Source of the DNA: Thermoflexales bacterium
Lineage (GTDB): Bacteria; Chloroflexota; Anaerolineae; J036; Brachytrichaceae
Direction of reading: 5' to 3'
NCBI GenBank assembly: GCA_034431495.1
Contig: DAOUDB010000064.1
Location: 1-56,903 of the forward strand
Length of the DNA: 56,903 nt
This document shows, one piece after another, positions 1 to 8,665 of this stretch. The notes under the pieces are model-generated. The model searched no databases. It was not told the DNA's origin and was given only the letters and a program-made list of their open reading frames with translations. The position numbers and the translations under genes were made by a program. Position 1 is the first letter of the stretch, and every line of letters begins with the position of its first letter.

Positions 1-264
1 GCCTTGCATCTTTCTGGCAAGCTGATCCGCCAGCGCATAGTCACCTTTGAAGGCGGCTTCGCGCAACAAGGGCAGATGGCGCGGCGCGTCAGGGTTGTCG
101 CAGTCGCGGGGATGGCCGGACCACAACGTTTCCTCGTTGAGTTGCAGGCGTTCGCGCGGCGCGCCGCCGAACACCATTGCGCCCAGCCGGCCGTTGCCGA
201 CCGGCAGTGCCTCATTCCAGTTCTTTGCAGGAGCCGCGTACCAGAGGGTGAGGGATGGGTTCAT
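1..264 (-). CDS. Glycoside hydrolase family 95-like protein, N-terminal fragment (continues past left window edge)
   Basis: Absent from the supplied ORF track because it is open at the window edge. The reverse complement starts with ATG at 264-262 and reads MNPSLTLWYAAPAKNWNEALPVGNGRLGAMVFGGAPRERLQLNEETLWSGHP... This matches the LWY..PA..W.EALPxGNGRLGAMVFGG...QLNE.TLWSG pattern I associate with GH95 alpha-L-fucosidase N-termini. Confidence 0.6.
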   Translation of the reverse strand, partial: MNPSLTLWYAAPAKNWNEALPVGNGRLGAMVFGGAPRERLQLNEETLWSGHPRDCDNPDAPRHLPLLREAAFKGDYALADQLARKMQG

Positions 265-273
265 GGCAAAGAT

Positions 274-308
274 TGCAGATCGCAGATGACAGAGCACAGA
301 GCACAGAG
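274..308. repeat. Five tandem heptamers (tgcagat cgcagat gacagag cacagag cacagag)
   Basis: Read directly from the sequence. Lies in the spacer between the 999-aa gene and the GH95-like gene. Confidence 0.7.
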
Positions 309-355
309 TGCGACGAGACTATTCGGGCAAGATGGGATCGTCGTGATACCGATAT

Positions 356-390
356 CAGGTGTCCGACACCTCCTAGGTGTCGGACACCTG
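356..390 (-). terminator. Perfect 16-bp stem, 3-nt loop hairpin (caggtgtccgacacct / cct / aggtgtcggacacctg)
   Basis: The two arms are exact reverse complements. The hairpin lies 24 nt downstream of the stop (414) of the minus-strand 999-aa gene and about 90 nt upstream of the GH95-like start. There is no clear U-tract, so it could instead be an operator or regulatory hairpin. Confidence 0.4.
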
Positions 391-413
391 AAACCATCTG
401 ACCACCTGAGTGA

Positions 414-3413
414 TTACACTGCCTGCACCACATACAGCCAGTGGCCGGCCAGCGTGTCGTCGATGTCGAGCGTCAGCGCGCCGTCTGCCACACCAAATGC
501 GACCTGGCGTTCGCCGTAGCCGGCTCGCCCCTGCGCTGCCCGCCGCGATCGGCTGCCTGGTATGTGCGCGCCCAGCCACACCTCGATTGGCCCGGCCGGC
601 AACGCCAAGGGTATGCGCACCTGCCCTGGCGTCTCGCACCACACTCGATACAGCGGCCGATAGCGTTCTGTGGCCTGTTCCGGCGCGAGCGGGTGCCAGC
701 CGATATCCACCGGCGCTTCAGACCATTGGTAAGTCTGACCATCGATCTCGATGCCTGCGCAGTCGTGGCCGGCAAAGGCGATCAACGCGCCTGCAGCGTT
801 GCGGCGCCAGGCTACCGCGTGCCGGCCGGCATAGGTTACCGTCTGGCCGGCCACGCGGTAGCCGCGCAATTCAAAGAAGTCGTCGGGTGGCGGGTTCTCG
901 GCCATGATGCGGGCATCCACTTCCTGATCACGGAAGAAGCCGCCCGGCCAGTTCTCTGGGTAGTCCTTGAAGTGCGGACAGACGGCCAGCGCGCCGTTGG
1001 GGAAAGCGCAGGCCAGAAAGTCGCCGGTGCGCGACACCACGCTGGGGTTGTCGTTCTCATCGAATACGCCGCTGGCCGGGTACGCGCCCAACGCACGCAG
1101 TGTCTCGAACCATACGCGTGTCTCGACGCCGGTTGAGGCAGCCTGGTCGTCGCGCGGGCGGAAGCCCAGGTAGATTGCCTGACCGCCACCGCGATGGATC
1201 TTGCGCGCGCCCACGCACCACGGCCCTTCGGGCCGGCCGGTAGCGAGGGTGGCGACTGGCCGGGCGCGACCGATTGGCTTGACCGGAAAGACGCGATCGA
1301 CCACGAAGTCGGTCAGGATCGTCTGCGCGGGGACGCGCCGCAGCGCGCCGCTGAACACGACTTGCCGGCCCGGCATGGGCTGGCCCAGTGGGTCGTCGGT
1401 GGGCAGCACTTCGACGCCAAACACCTCGCGCAGCCATTGCCGGGTATCGAGCGCGCCGGCCTGCGCGGCCAGCGGCGGGACGCTCGACCAGATCAACAGA
1501 CCGCCTTTCTCCACAAATGCGCGCAACAGGGTGAGCAGCGCTTCGGACGGGAACGGCTCGTACTGTGCGCACACGGCGCGATAGCGCGAGGTGATCGCCG
1601 GACCGGCCACTTCCAGCCACCCGTCATCGGTCACGCGGCCATACTCCACCAGCTTTTCGGCGGTGATGAGATTGGCATAGCCGTACAGCGACATCCAACT
1701 GCCGAAACGTTCGTCCACCGCCGTCAGATCCTGGGGATAGAGGAACAAGACCTCGATGCTGCGCGGGGCGTAGTCCTCGACCGCGCGGAAGACCGGATGG
1801 CCAAGCGCGCCGTACACCTCACTGACGGCCATCATGCGATCGGCGACCGGCTGGGGCATGCCCCACATGCCGGCGCTGGCAAGGGGTCGGCGATTGAGCG
1901 CGGCCAGCGAGCAGGCCAGCGCGCGGGCGTAGTAGTTGCGGTCGGCGTAGCCGCCTTCGGGCGTGTCGTTGTTGCCACCGGTCAGAAATTCGTTCCACAG
2001 GAACTGATTGGCGCAGGCCGAGGCGGCCTGATGCACCGTGTTCGACCACAGGAAGTCGGGCGTGTACTCGTACTTGCTGCGATGCTCGGCCGGCGACCAA
2101 CTATCCTGCACGCCGCCGGGCGCCCACGCGTCGCAAGTGGGCGACTCGGCCCAGGTGGAGTGGTAATAGGCGTCCAGTGTATGGTCGATCAGCGTCTCCA
2201 GCTTCTTGCGCGCGCCGTTCATCAGATCGACCACGCCACTTTCGAGAAAGTGGTAGTAGTCGCGCCGGAACTGGAGTGTGGCCGCAAGCGCGGCGCGATC
2301 CGGCCCGAACACATGCTGGCTGGGCAGCTTGGGCTCGTGGGTTGGCAGGAAGTCGTGCTGGTGCGCGGTGAAGTAGACCAGCCATCTGGCAAAGTCGGCA
2401 TATTGAGCGCCGTACCTCTCGGCAAAGGCGCGCTCGAAGCCGGCTGACACATAGCGCAGGTTGAACTGGCCGTTGTCAAAGTGGGTGTGATACGACCAAT
2501 CTTGCTGGATGTGCATTTCGTCGGAATACAGGCCGGCCAGTTTGACGCCGCGCTGATGATATTCGTTGACCAGCGCATCGAGGAACTGCGGCGCGGCCGG
2601 GCTGAAGTAATCCATCTCATCGGTGTCGTAGATCAGGACGACGAGCACACGATCGAGGCCGGCCGGCCCGCCCAACCCGTGCGCGCGGATGCGAGTGGCC
2701 TGGAACATGATGTCCTGGCGGGCTTCGCCGCCGGCCAGCGCCCCCGTGTAGGGGCTGGTGCCGGGCATCGGCTCGATGACAGGCGGGTCCAGCTCGACGA
2801 TGCCATCGGGATCGACGCTGAAGAACGATGTGCCGGGGATGCGCTGCTCGCGGAAGGCGAAGGCGCGCGCGCCGATGAGCGTCACCGGCGTGGGGCCTTT
2901 GTTGTTGCACCAGCGGGTGTGCTGCCACATCAGGGCAGAGTAGGCGCCGGTCTGCGGATCGCGCAGCGCTTCGCGGTAGTGCATCCAGCGGCCGGCCTGG
3001 CCGGGGCCTGCGCCGGCGCGGGCCTTGTAGCCGGCACCCAGTTCGAGCGGCGACAGGATGCTTGGCTCCAGGCTCAGGCCGTATTCCTGCGCCACGTCGC
3101 TGATCTTTTTGAGCGTGGCTTGAAACTCAGGGGTGTCGGGGTACAGGCCGCGCGCGCTGCCACCGAAGAAATAATCATAGGCAACCAGCAGTTTGGTCGC
3201 GCCGCGCTCGGCACCGCGCCGGCAATGCTCGCGCAGGCTGATCGGCTCGGGGTCCTGGGGAAAGATCTTTTCGATAGCTTCGTCGGGCCGATTGGCGAGG
3301 TTGGTGAATTGCTCGTCGGAGACGAGGATGATATGGATGGCCGGGTCTTCGGACTTCCACGGCCAATCGAGCGACGCCAGTTGGGTCAAGAGGTGGGCGG
3401 GTGAGTAGGTCAT
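414..3413 (-). CDS. Large hypothetical protein (999 aa), possibly a carbohydrate-active enzyme given its neighbours
   Basis: Uninterrupted 3-kb ORF with non-repetitive, protein-like composition. All overlapping ORFs in other frames are Arg/Ala/Pro-rich GC artefacts. It sits between a UxaA-family dehydratase gene and a GH95-like gene. I recognise no family motif. Confidence 0.8.
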   Translation of the reverse strand: MTYSPAHLLTQLASLDWPWKSEDPAIHIILVSDEQFTNLANRPDEAIEKIFPQDPEPISLREHCRRGAERGATKLLVAYDYFFGGSARGLYPDTPEFQATLKKISDVAQEYGLSLEPSILSPLELGAGYKARAGAGPGQAGRWMHYREALRDPQTGAYSALMWQHTRWCNNKGPTPVTLIGARAFAFREQRIPGTSFFSVDPDGIVELDPPVIEPMPGTSPYTGALAGGEARQDIMFQATRIRAHGLGGPAGLDRVLVVLIYDTDEMDYFSPAAPQFLDALVNEYHQRGVKLAGLYSDEMHIQQDWSYHTHFDNGQFNLRYVSAGFERAFAERYGAQYADFARWLVYFTAHQHDFLPTHEPKLPSQHVFGPDRAALAATLQFRRDYYHFLESGVVDLMNGARKKLETLIDHTLDAYYHSTWAESPTCDAWAPGGVQDSWSPAEHRSKYEYTPDFLWSNTVHQAASACANQFLWNEFLTGGNNDTPEGGYADRNYYARALACSLAALNRRPLASAGMWGMPQPVADRMMAVSEVYGALGHPVFRAVEDYAPRSIEVLFLYPQDLTAVDERFGSWMSLYGYANLITAEKLVEYGRVTDDGWLEVAGPAITSRYRAVCAQYEPFPSEALLTLLRAFVEKGGLLIWSSVPPLAAQAGALDTRQWLREVFGVEVLPTDDPLGQPMPGRQVVFSGALRRVPAQTILTDFVVDRVFPVKPIGRARPVATLATGRPEGPWCVGARKIHRGGGQAIYLGFRPRDDQAASTGVETRVWFETLRALGAYPASGVFDENDNPSVVSRTGDFLACAFPNGALAVCPHFKDYPENWPGGFFRDQEVDARIMAENPPPDDFFELRGYRVAGQTVTYAGRHAVAWRRNAAGALIAFAGHDCAGIEIDGQTYQWSEAPVDIGWHPLAPEQATERYRPLYRVWCETPGQVRIPLALPAGPIEVWLGAHIPGSRSRRAAQGRAGYGERQVAFGVADGALTLDIDDTLAGHWLYVVQAV

Positions 3414-3508
3414 AGTTGGCTCCGCGCGATCGCGGTGCGATTTCTCGGAACCCTGTCGCGCGCCGCGATGACGCCTGCCCAGTGTAATGCCACATTGACA
3501 ATCAGAAG

Positions 3509-3529
3509 GGGTAGGGGACGCCCCTGCCC
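3509..3529 (-). terminator. GC-rich hairpin (gggtagggg acg cccctgccc) downstream of the dehydratase gene
   Basis: 9-bp stem with one G-U pair, 47 nt downstream of the stop at 3576 on the minus strand. It shares the GGGCAGGG core with the hairpins at 14116 and 15387. Confidence 0.3.
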
Positions 3530-3575
3530 AACAGTCGGCTGAATCCTGACGTAGCGTCGTGCGCGACGCGCCGGC

Positions 3576-5174
3576 CTACAACACGCCGCCCATCATCCAC
3601 GGGTTGAACTCGGCCTCGCCCACATCCTGCGACTCGCTTTTGGTGGGCAGGCCCGACGCCACCGCGATCATTAGCTCGAACAGGTCATCTGCGACCTGCT
3701 GTATCGGTTCGCCATCCAGGATGCGGCCGGCATTCACATCCATGTCGTCTTCCATGCGCCGGTACAGGTCAGAGTTGCTGGCGACCTTGATGCTGGGAGC
3801 CGGCTTGAACCCAAAGACCGAGCCGCGACCGGTGGTGAACACAACCAGATTGCATCCGCCGGCCACCTGTCCGGTCACCGAGACCGGGTCATAGCCGGGC
3901 GAATCCATGAAACTGAACCCGCGTGCTGTCACCGGCGCCGCATAGTCGAACACATCCACCAGTGGCGTGCTGCCGGCTTTGGCAATCGCGCCGAGCGATT
4001 TTTCGTAGATGGTTGTCAATCCGCCTGCTTTGTTGCCGGGGCTGGGGTTGTTGTCGATCTCCAGATTCAACCGTGCAGCGTGCGTTTCCCACCAGCGCAC
4101 CTTCTGCATCAACTTGCCGGCTACTTCGGCGCTGACAGCGCGTCGTGTCAGCAGATGCTCTGCGCCATAGATTTCCGGCGTCTCGGCCAGCACCACGCTG
4201 CCGCCGTGCTGCACCAGGCGGTCGGCGGCCAGGCCAAGCGCCGGGTTGGCAGTCACGCCGCTCCAGCCATCGCTGCCACCACACTGTAAGGCCACCATCA
4301 GCTCCGAGGCCGGCTGCGGCGAGCGGGGCGTCGCATTCACCACCGGCAGCAGCGCCTCGACGGCGGCAATGCCGGCCTGCACGGTCTTGCGGATGCCGCC
4401 TTCGTCCTGGATGGTGAGCATGACAGGCGATCTGTTCTCTCCTCTCTCGCCTTCTGAGTTCAGATCGTAGTTGCGGATCAGGTCGGCCATCTGGTTAGCC
4501 TCGCAGCCGAGGCCGACCAGCACACAGGCGCCGACGTTGGGGTGTCGCGCCATGCCGGCCAGCACCCGTTGCAATAACACATAGTCGGCCCCACCCACGC
4601 GGGTGGCGCAGCCGGAGTGATGCGCCAACGCAATCACACCATCGACGTTGGGGTAGCCGGCCAGTCGCTCGCGGGTGAAGTGGCGGGCAATCTCTCGGAC
4701 GGTGTGGGCCGAGCAGTTGACCGTGCTGATGACGGCGATCGTATTACGTGTGCCGGCGCGGCCGTTGGGCCGGCGATATCCCATGAACAGCCGGCGCTCT
4801 GGCGCGGGAACGCTGGTCACCGGCTGCGCGTCTGCGCCCCATTCGTCTGCCCGTTCAAACACATGAACCGCGACATTGTGGGTATGGACGTGTTCGCCTG
4901 GCGCGATGTCGGCGCTGGCCGCGCCGATGATCTGACCGTAGCGCCGGATTGCCTGGCCGGCCGGAATGGCGCGCAGGCTGAATTTGTGGCCGGAGGGGAT
5001 CGTCTGCGCGATGGTGGTCGTTTGCGCGTCCGGGCTTCGCAGGGTCTGGCCGGGGGCAAGGTTGGTCTTGGCGATGGCCACATCATCGTCGGGGTGAAGG
5101 CGGACGGCGGCCCGGTCAAATGAGATGTCAGTCTTACCGGGAGGCGAGATGAAGTTCAGATTGTGAGTTGGCAT
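3576..5174 (-). CDS. UxaA-family sugar-acid dehydratase (altronate / galactarate dehydratase-like)
   Basis: N-terminal SAF-like segment (VRLHPDDDVAIAKTNLAPGQTL...IPSGHKFSL). The C-terminal region carries GLGCEANQ, LQCGGSDGWSGVTANPALG and VVFTTGRGS, typical of UxaA/GarD enzymes. Start trimmed to the ATG at 5174 (MPTHNLNF, AGGTG upstream); the ATG at 5186 and the ORF-track start at 5369 are alternatives. Confidence 0.8.
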   Translation of the reverse strand: MPTHNLNFISPPGKTDISFDRAAVRLHPDDDVAIAKTNLAPGQTLRSPDAQTTTIAQTIPSGHKFSLRAIPAGQAIRRYGQIIGAASADIAPGEHVHTHNVAVHVFERADEWGADAQPVTSVPAPERRLFMGYRRPNGRAGTRNTIAVISTVNCSAHTVREIARHFTRERLAGYPNVDGVIALAHHSGCATRVGGADYVLLQRVLAGMARHPNVGACVLVGLGCEANQMADLIRNYDLNSEGERGENRSPVMLTIQDEGGIRKTVQAGIAAVEALLPVVNATPRSPQPASELMVALQCGGSDGWSGVTANPALGLAADRLVQHGGSVVLAETPEIYGAEHLLTRRAVSAEVAGKLMQKVRWWETHAARLNLEIDNNPSPGNKAGGLTTIYEKSLGAIAKAGSTPLVDVFDYAAPVTARGFSFMDSPGYDPVSVTGQVAGGCNLVVFTTGRGSVFGFKPAPSIKVASNSDLYRRMEDDMDVNAGRILDGEPIQQVADDLFELMIAVASGLPTKSESQDVGEAEFNPWMMGGVL

Positions 5175-5581
5175 ATGCACCTGCATGTCGCGCGCCGGGC
5201 AATCGGGCAGGCGCAGTCTATTGTACGGGGTGGAGTGGCCGGAGCTTATCCAAGGCATGGGTAGTGCTTCAGCGGTTTCGACAAGCCTTATCGCCGAAAG
5301 AGCAGATGGTAGGCGCATTGTCAGGGCAATCGCAAGTCGTAGTTGCGAGAAAACGTCATTCCCGCGCAAGCGGCAATCCAGACAGATAACAAACGTTGCC
5401 TAGCGGTTGGAGCCCGCGCGCAACATATAGCGAAGCCGGCCCTTGCGCCGGCTTCGCCTCGAGTCGCCGGTGGGAGATTCAGCGTTGCTTCAACAAAAGC
5501 TGCCGCCATTAGCGAAACCTCAAAATCGGACATGCGCTTGCCCTGGGCGCATCCTATTTCCGCAATAGATTAAAACCCCGA

Positions 5582-5590
5582 TGCTATAAT
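5582..5590 (+). promoter_or_regulatory. Candidate extended -10 promoter element (TGcTATAAT)
   Basis: Perfect TATAAT preceded by TGn, about 220 nt upstream of the response-regulator start. No good -35 element. Sequence match only. Confidence 0.25.
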
Positions 5591-5807
5591 CTTCGCGTCG
5601 CCTTGCGCCATCATCGTCGACCGGATGACGGCAGGTGACGCACACATATCAACATCTGCCAGCGTCTACTTCACGTATCGCGCCCCGATTGGCGTTCAGC
5701 ACTCTCACAGCAGCGTTCGGGCTTTGGCCGGCTGACAGAGGGCGGCGTTTGAAGATGATGGCGCAGGCTAACGGCCGCTCCTGTTCGTAAAACGGAGGAC
5801 GAGAGCA

Positions 5808-6452
5808 ATGACGATTCGCATTTTGATCGCCGACGACCACATGGTTGTGCGCCAGGGTTTGCGCATGTTCCTGTCGCTCGATCCAGACCTGGAAATTGTC
5901 GGCGAAGCCGCCGATGGCGCCGAAGCGGTCAGAAAGGCTCACGAGTTGAAGCCCGATGTCGTGCTGATGGATTTGCTCATGCCGGTCATGGATGGCATTA
6001 CTGCGATTGGAGCGATCCGACGGGAATTGCCCGACACCGAGGTGCTTGCGCTGACCAGCGTGCTGGAAGATGCGTCGGTGATTGGCGCGGTGAAAGCCGG
6101 CGCCATTGGCTACATGCTCAAGGACACCCACGCCGATGAATTGTGCCGCGCCATCAAGGCTGCCGCAGCCGGCCAGGTGCAGCTTTCGCCCAGGGCCGCC
6201 GCGCGGCTGATGCGCGAGGTGCGCGTGCCCGATAGCCCGGAAACGCTCACCGAGCGCGAGACCGAAGTGCTGCGTCTGCTGGCACAGGGCCAGTCGAACA
6301 AAGAGATCGCATCCACATTGACCATCGGCGAGAAGACCGTCAAGACGCACGTCAGCAATATTCTGTCCAAGCTGGGCGTGCAAAGCCGAACGCAAGCGGC
6401 GTTGTATGCAGTCCGCATCGGGCTGGTCAGCGCCGGCGCGGTCAATGCGTAA
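5808..6452 (+). CDS. NarL/LuxR-family response regulator (REC + HTH_LuxR)
   Basis: Receiver motifs: ILIADDH, DVVLMDLLMPVMDG and a conserved K in the AGAIGYMLKD segment. C-terminal LTERETEVLRLLAQGQSNKEIA...ISEKTVKTHVSNILSKLG-type HTH. GGAGG lies 8-9 nt upstream of the ATG. Confidence 0.92.
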   Translation: MTIRILIADDHMVVRQGLRMFLSLDPDLEIVGEAADGAEAVRKAHELKPDVVLMDLLMPVMDGITAIGAIRRELPDTEVLALTSVLEDASVIGAVKAGAIGYMLKDTHADELCRAIKAAAAGQVQLSPRAAARLMREVRVPDSPETLTERETEVLRLLAQGQSNKEIASTLTIGEKTVKTHVSNILSKLGVQSRTQAALYAVRIGLVSAGAVNA

Positions 6453-6472
6453 CTTCGGGATGTGACGACCCG

Positions 6473-6510
6473 GGCGCCTGCGCCGATAGGCGCCTGCGCC
6501 GATAGGCGCC
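6473..6510. repeat. 16-bp tandem repeat GGCGCCTGCGCCGATA x2 plus a partial copy, containing AGGCGCCT palindromes
   Basis: Read directly from the sequence. It occupies most of the 70-nt spacer between the regulator and kinase genes. Confidence 0.8.
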
Positions 6511-6522
6511 TTCCTGTGTGTC

Positions 6523-8619
6523 ATGCCACTCCATCGCCTCCCCCGGCTGCTGGCGCTGTTCGAGAGTAGCCTGGTTCGCGTATCCATAGCCGTGCTGCTC
6601 GTTCTGGCCGGCTATGCGGTGCTGTTCGTTTTCTTCTCGCGTGGCTATGCCGATCGCACAGTCGAGTTTCGGCGCCAGGAGCTGAAACGTTTGGTGCAGA
6701 TCGCGTTGAGCGTGGTTGAGCCAACGCGCCAGCAGCAGCGCGCCGGCCAGTTATCTCCTGAGCAGGCGCGTATGATCGGACGCGAACTGGTCCGGCGGAT
6801 GATCTACACCGATGAGGCCGGCAGCAACTATCTGTTCATGGGCAGTTATGACGGTGAAGTGTGGTTGCTGCCGTACAACCCGCCGCGTGAGGGCGCCAAT
6901 GAATTCGATCTGGTGGATGCCAGCGGCAAGAACATCACTCAAGAGCTGATTCGCGCGGCCAGAAGCCCGGCTGGCGAGGGCTATGTGGAGTATGACTACC
7001 CGCCGCCGGGCAGCACTGTCCCGCAACGCAAAATCTCGTACGTGGTTGGCATTCCGGAATGGGATAGCTATATCGGGACAGGCATGTATCTCGGCGACAT
7101 CGAGGCGCGCACGCAGAACTATTTCCTGAACGCGTTGGTGCTCACGCTCGGCTTGACTGTGCTGATATTCCTCGCCATCTTCATGACGCTGCTGCCCACC
7201 GCCCGCTCGTACACCACATTGCTGCGGTTGTTCGAGCATGTCAGTCGCAACCCGGATGATGTGCCGGCGGTGCCGGTCGATCAATTCAGCGCCGGCACCG
7301 AGGGCTGGCGGCTGTTGACCGGCTTCCAGACGATGCTCGAACGTATCAAGGTCAACCGCCAGAAACTCCAGGAGAGCGAGCGCCAACTGGAGCGGCGCGT
7401 CTCCGAGCGAACCCGCGAACTATCTAACCTGTTGCAGGTCTCGCACGATGTCGCCTCGACACTGGAGCTGGAGCCTCTGCTCGGCCTGATCCTGGATCGT
7501 CTGAAGTCGGTGATCGATTACACCAGTTGCGCCATTTTCCTATTGCAGGATGGGCGGCTGGTCAGTCTGGACTATCGTGGCCCGTCGCCGCGCGAACAGA
7601 TGCTGGCACTGCGTCTGTCCAGGCCGTCTGCCGCCGAAGAGGTGTTCCGGCTGCGCGCGCCGGTGATCATTTCGGATGTGCGAGGCGATCACCGGCTGGC
7701 CCGGGCGTTTCGCGAGTCGGCCGGCAAGCATATGGACACGCTGTTCAGCCACATCCACTGTTGGATGGGGGTTCCTCTCATGGTGCAGGATCGCATGATT
7801 GGCGTGCTGAGCCTCGATCACAGTCAGGCCGGCTATTACACCGCCCAACATGCCTCGGTGGCGCTGGCCATCGCCAACCAGGCCGCCATCGCCATCGAGA
7901 ATGCGCGCCTGTATCAGGAATCTCACCAACTCGCCGCCTTGCAAGAGCGCCAACGGCTGGCCCGCGAATTGCACGACTCTGTGTCGCAGGCGCTCTACGG
8001 TATTGCGCTGGGAGCGCGCACAGCCCGTCGCCTGCTCGACACGACGCAGGCCGATGATCCGCACGCCGCGCCTGCGGACTCTGCCCGAGACGATTCGTTG
8101 CGACAGAGACTGGCCCAGCCGCTGGACTATGTGTTGCATCTTGCAGAGGCCGGCATGGCCGAGATGCGCGCGCTCATTTTCGAGTTGCGCCCGGAATCGC
8201 TTCAGAACGAGGGGCTGGTGGCCGCGCTCTCCAAGCATGGTGCCTCGATGCAGGCTCGCCACCATATCGCGGTGGAGACCGAGTTCTGTGAAGAGCCGCA
8301 GTTGTCTTTTGACTGTAAAGAGGCGCTGTATCGCATCGCTCAGGAAGCGTTGCACAACATCGTGAAGCATGCCAGAGCAACGCAGGCATCCATCCGCCTG
8401 GCAGACGATGGCGACGGCGTCACGCTCGAAGTGCGGGACAACGGCGCCGGCTTCGACCCCACGGGTGATTTCCCCGGCCACCTCGGCCTCAAATCGATGC
8501 GCGAGCGGATCGAAAAGCTCGGCGGGACGCTGACGATCGACAGCGCGCCGGGCCGGGGCACTGCTGTTGTGGCGCGCATTGTTTGTCCCCGGCGCGCTGC
8601 CAGAGCCGACACGGCCTGA
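6523..8619 (+). CDS. Sensor histidine kinase (TM - Cache-like - TM - HAMP - GAF - HisKA_3 - HATPase_c)
   Basis: Periplasmic segment (YLFMGSYDGEVW...GYVEYDYP...ISYVVGIPEWDSYIGTGMYL) resembles a single-Cache domain. GAF-like block (ELEPLLGLILDRL...IFLLQDGRL...GVLSLD). HisKA_3 H-box LARELHDSVSQAL. ATPase N and G boxes (EALHNIVKHA, DNGAGFD, GLKSMRERIEKLGG). Confidence 0.9.
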   Translation: MPLHRLPRLLALFESSLVRVSIAVLLVLAGYAVLFVFFSRGYADRTVEFRRQELKRLVQIALSVVEPTRQQQRAGQLSPEQARMIGRELVRRMIYTDEAGSNYLFMGSYDGEVWLLPYNPPREGANEFDLVDASGKNITQELIRAARSPAGEGYVEYDYPPPGSTVPQRKISYVVGIPEWDSYIGTGMYLGDIEARTQNYFLNALVLTLGLTVLIFLAIFMTLLPTARSYTTLLRLFEHVSRNPDDVPAVPVDQFSAGTEGWRLLTGFQTMLERIKVNRQKLQESERQLERRVSERTRELSNLLQVSHDVASTLELEPLLGLILDRLKSVIDYTSCAIFLLQDGRLVSLDYRGPSPREQMLALRLSRPSAAEEVFRLRAPVIISDVRGDHRLARAFRESAGKHMDTLFSHIHCWMGVPLMVQDRMIGVLSLDHSQAGYYTAQHASVALAIANQAAIAIENARLYQESHQLAALQERQRLARELHDSVSQALYGIALGARTARRLLDTTQADDPHAAPADSARDDSLRQRLAQPLDYVLHLAEAGMAEMRALIFELRPESLQNEGLVAALSKHGASMQARHHIAVETEFCEEPQLSFDCKEALYRIAQEALHNIVKHARATQASIRLADDGDGVTLEVRDNGAGFDPTGDFPGHLGLKSMRERIEKLGGTLTIDSAPGRGTAVVARIVCPRRAARADTA

Positions 8620-8665
8620 CTCTCGCCCTCGGCCTGCGGCGCAAGGTTAAGGTATCCTTTCGCGC

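Noticed and set aside
4-519. 171-aa plus-strand ORF at the left edge (and other ORFs in 1-900)
   Set aside because: The opposite strand of 1-264 encodes a clear GH95-type N-terminus, and 414 onward is the end of the 999-aa gene. The plus-strand ORF spans the repeat/hairpin spacer and has no protein-like features.
1194-2447. 417-aa plus-strand ORF inside the 999-aa gene region
   Set aside because: It is antisense to the much longer uninterrupted minus-strand ORF and has Arg/Gly/Ala/His-rich artefact composition.
5430-5457. 11-bp hairpin gcgaagccggc-ccttgc-gccggcttcgc in the uxaA / response-regulator divergent spacer
   Set aside because: It has a perfect stem but no flanking U-tract on either strand, and no gene ends here. 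It could be structural or regulatory, but I cannot attach a function, so it is not reported as a feature.
5649-6587. 312-aa minus-strand ORF overlapping the response-regulator gene
   Set aside because: It is antisense to a well-supported REC+HTH gene that has a good RBS, and its composition is Arg/Gly/Ala-rich.
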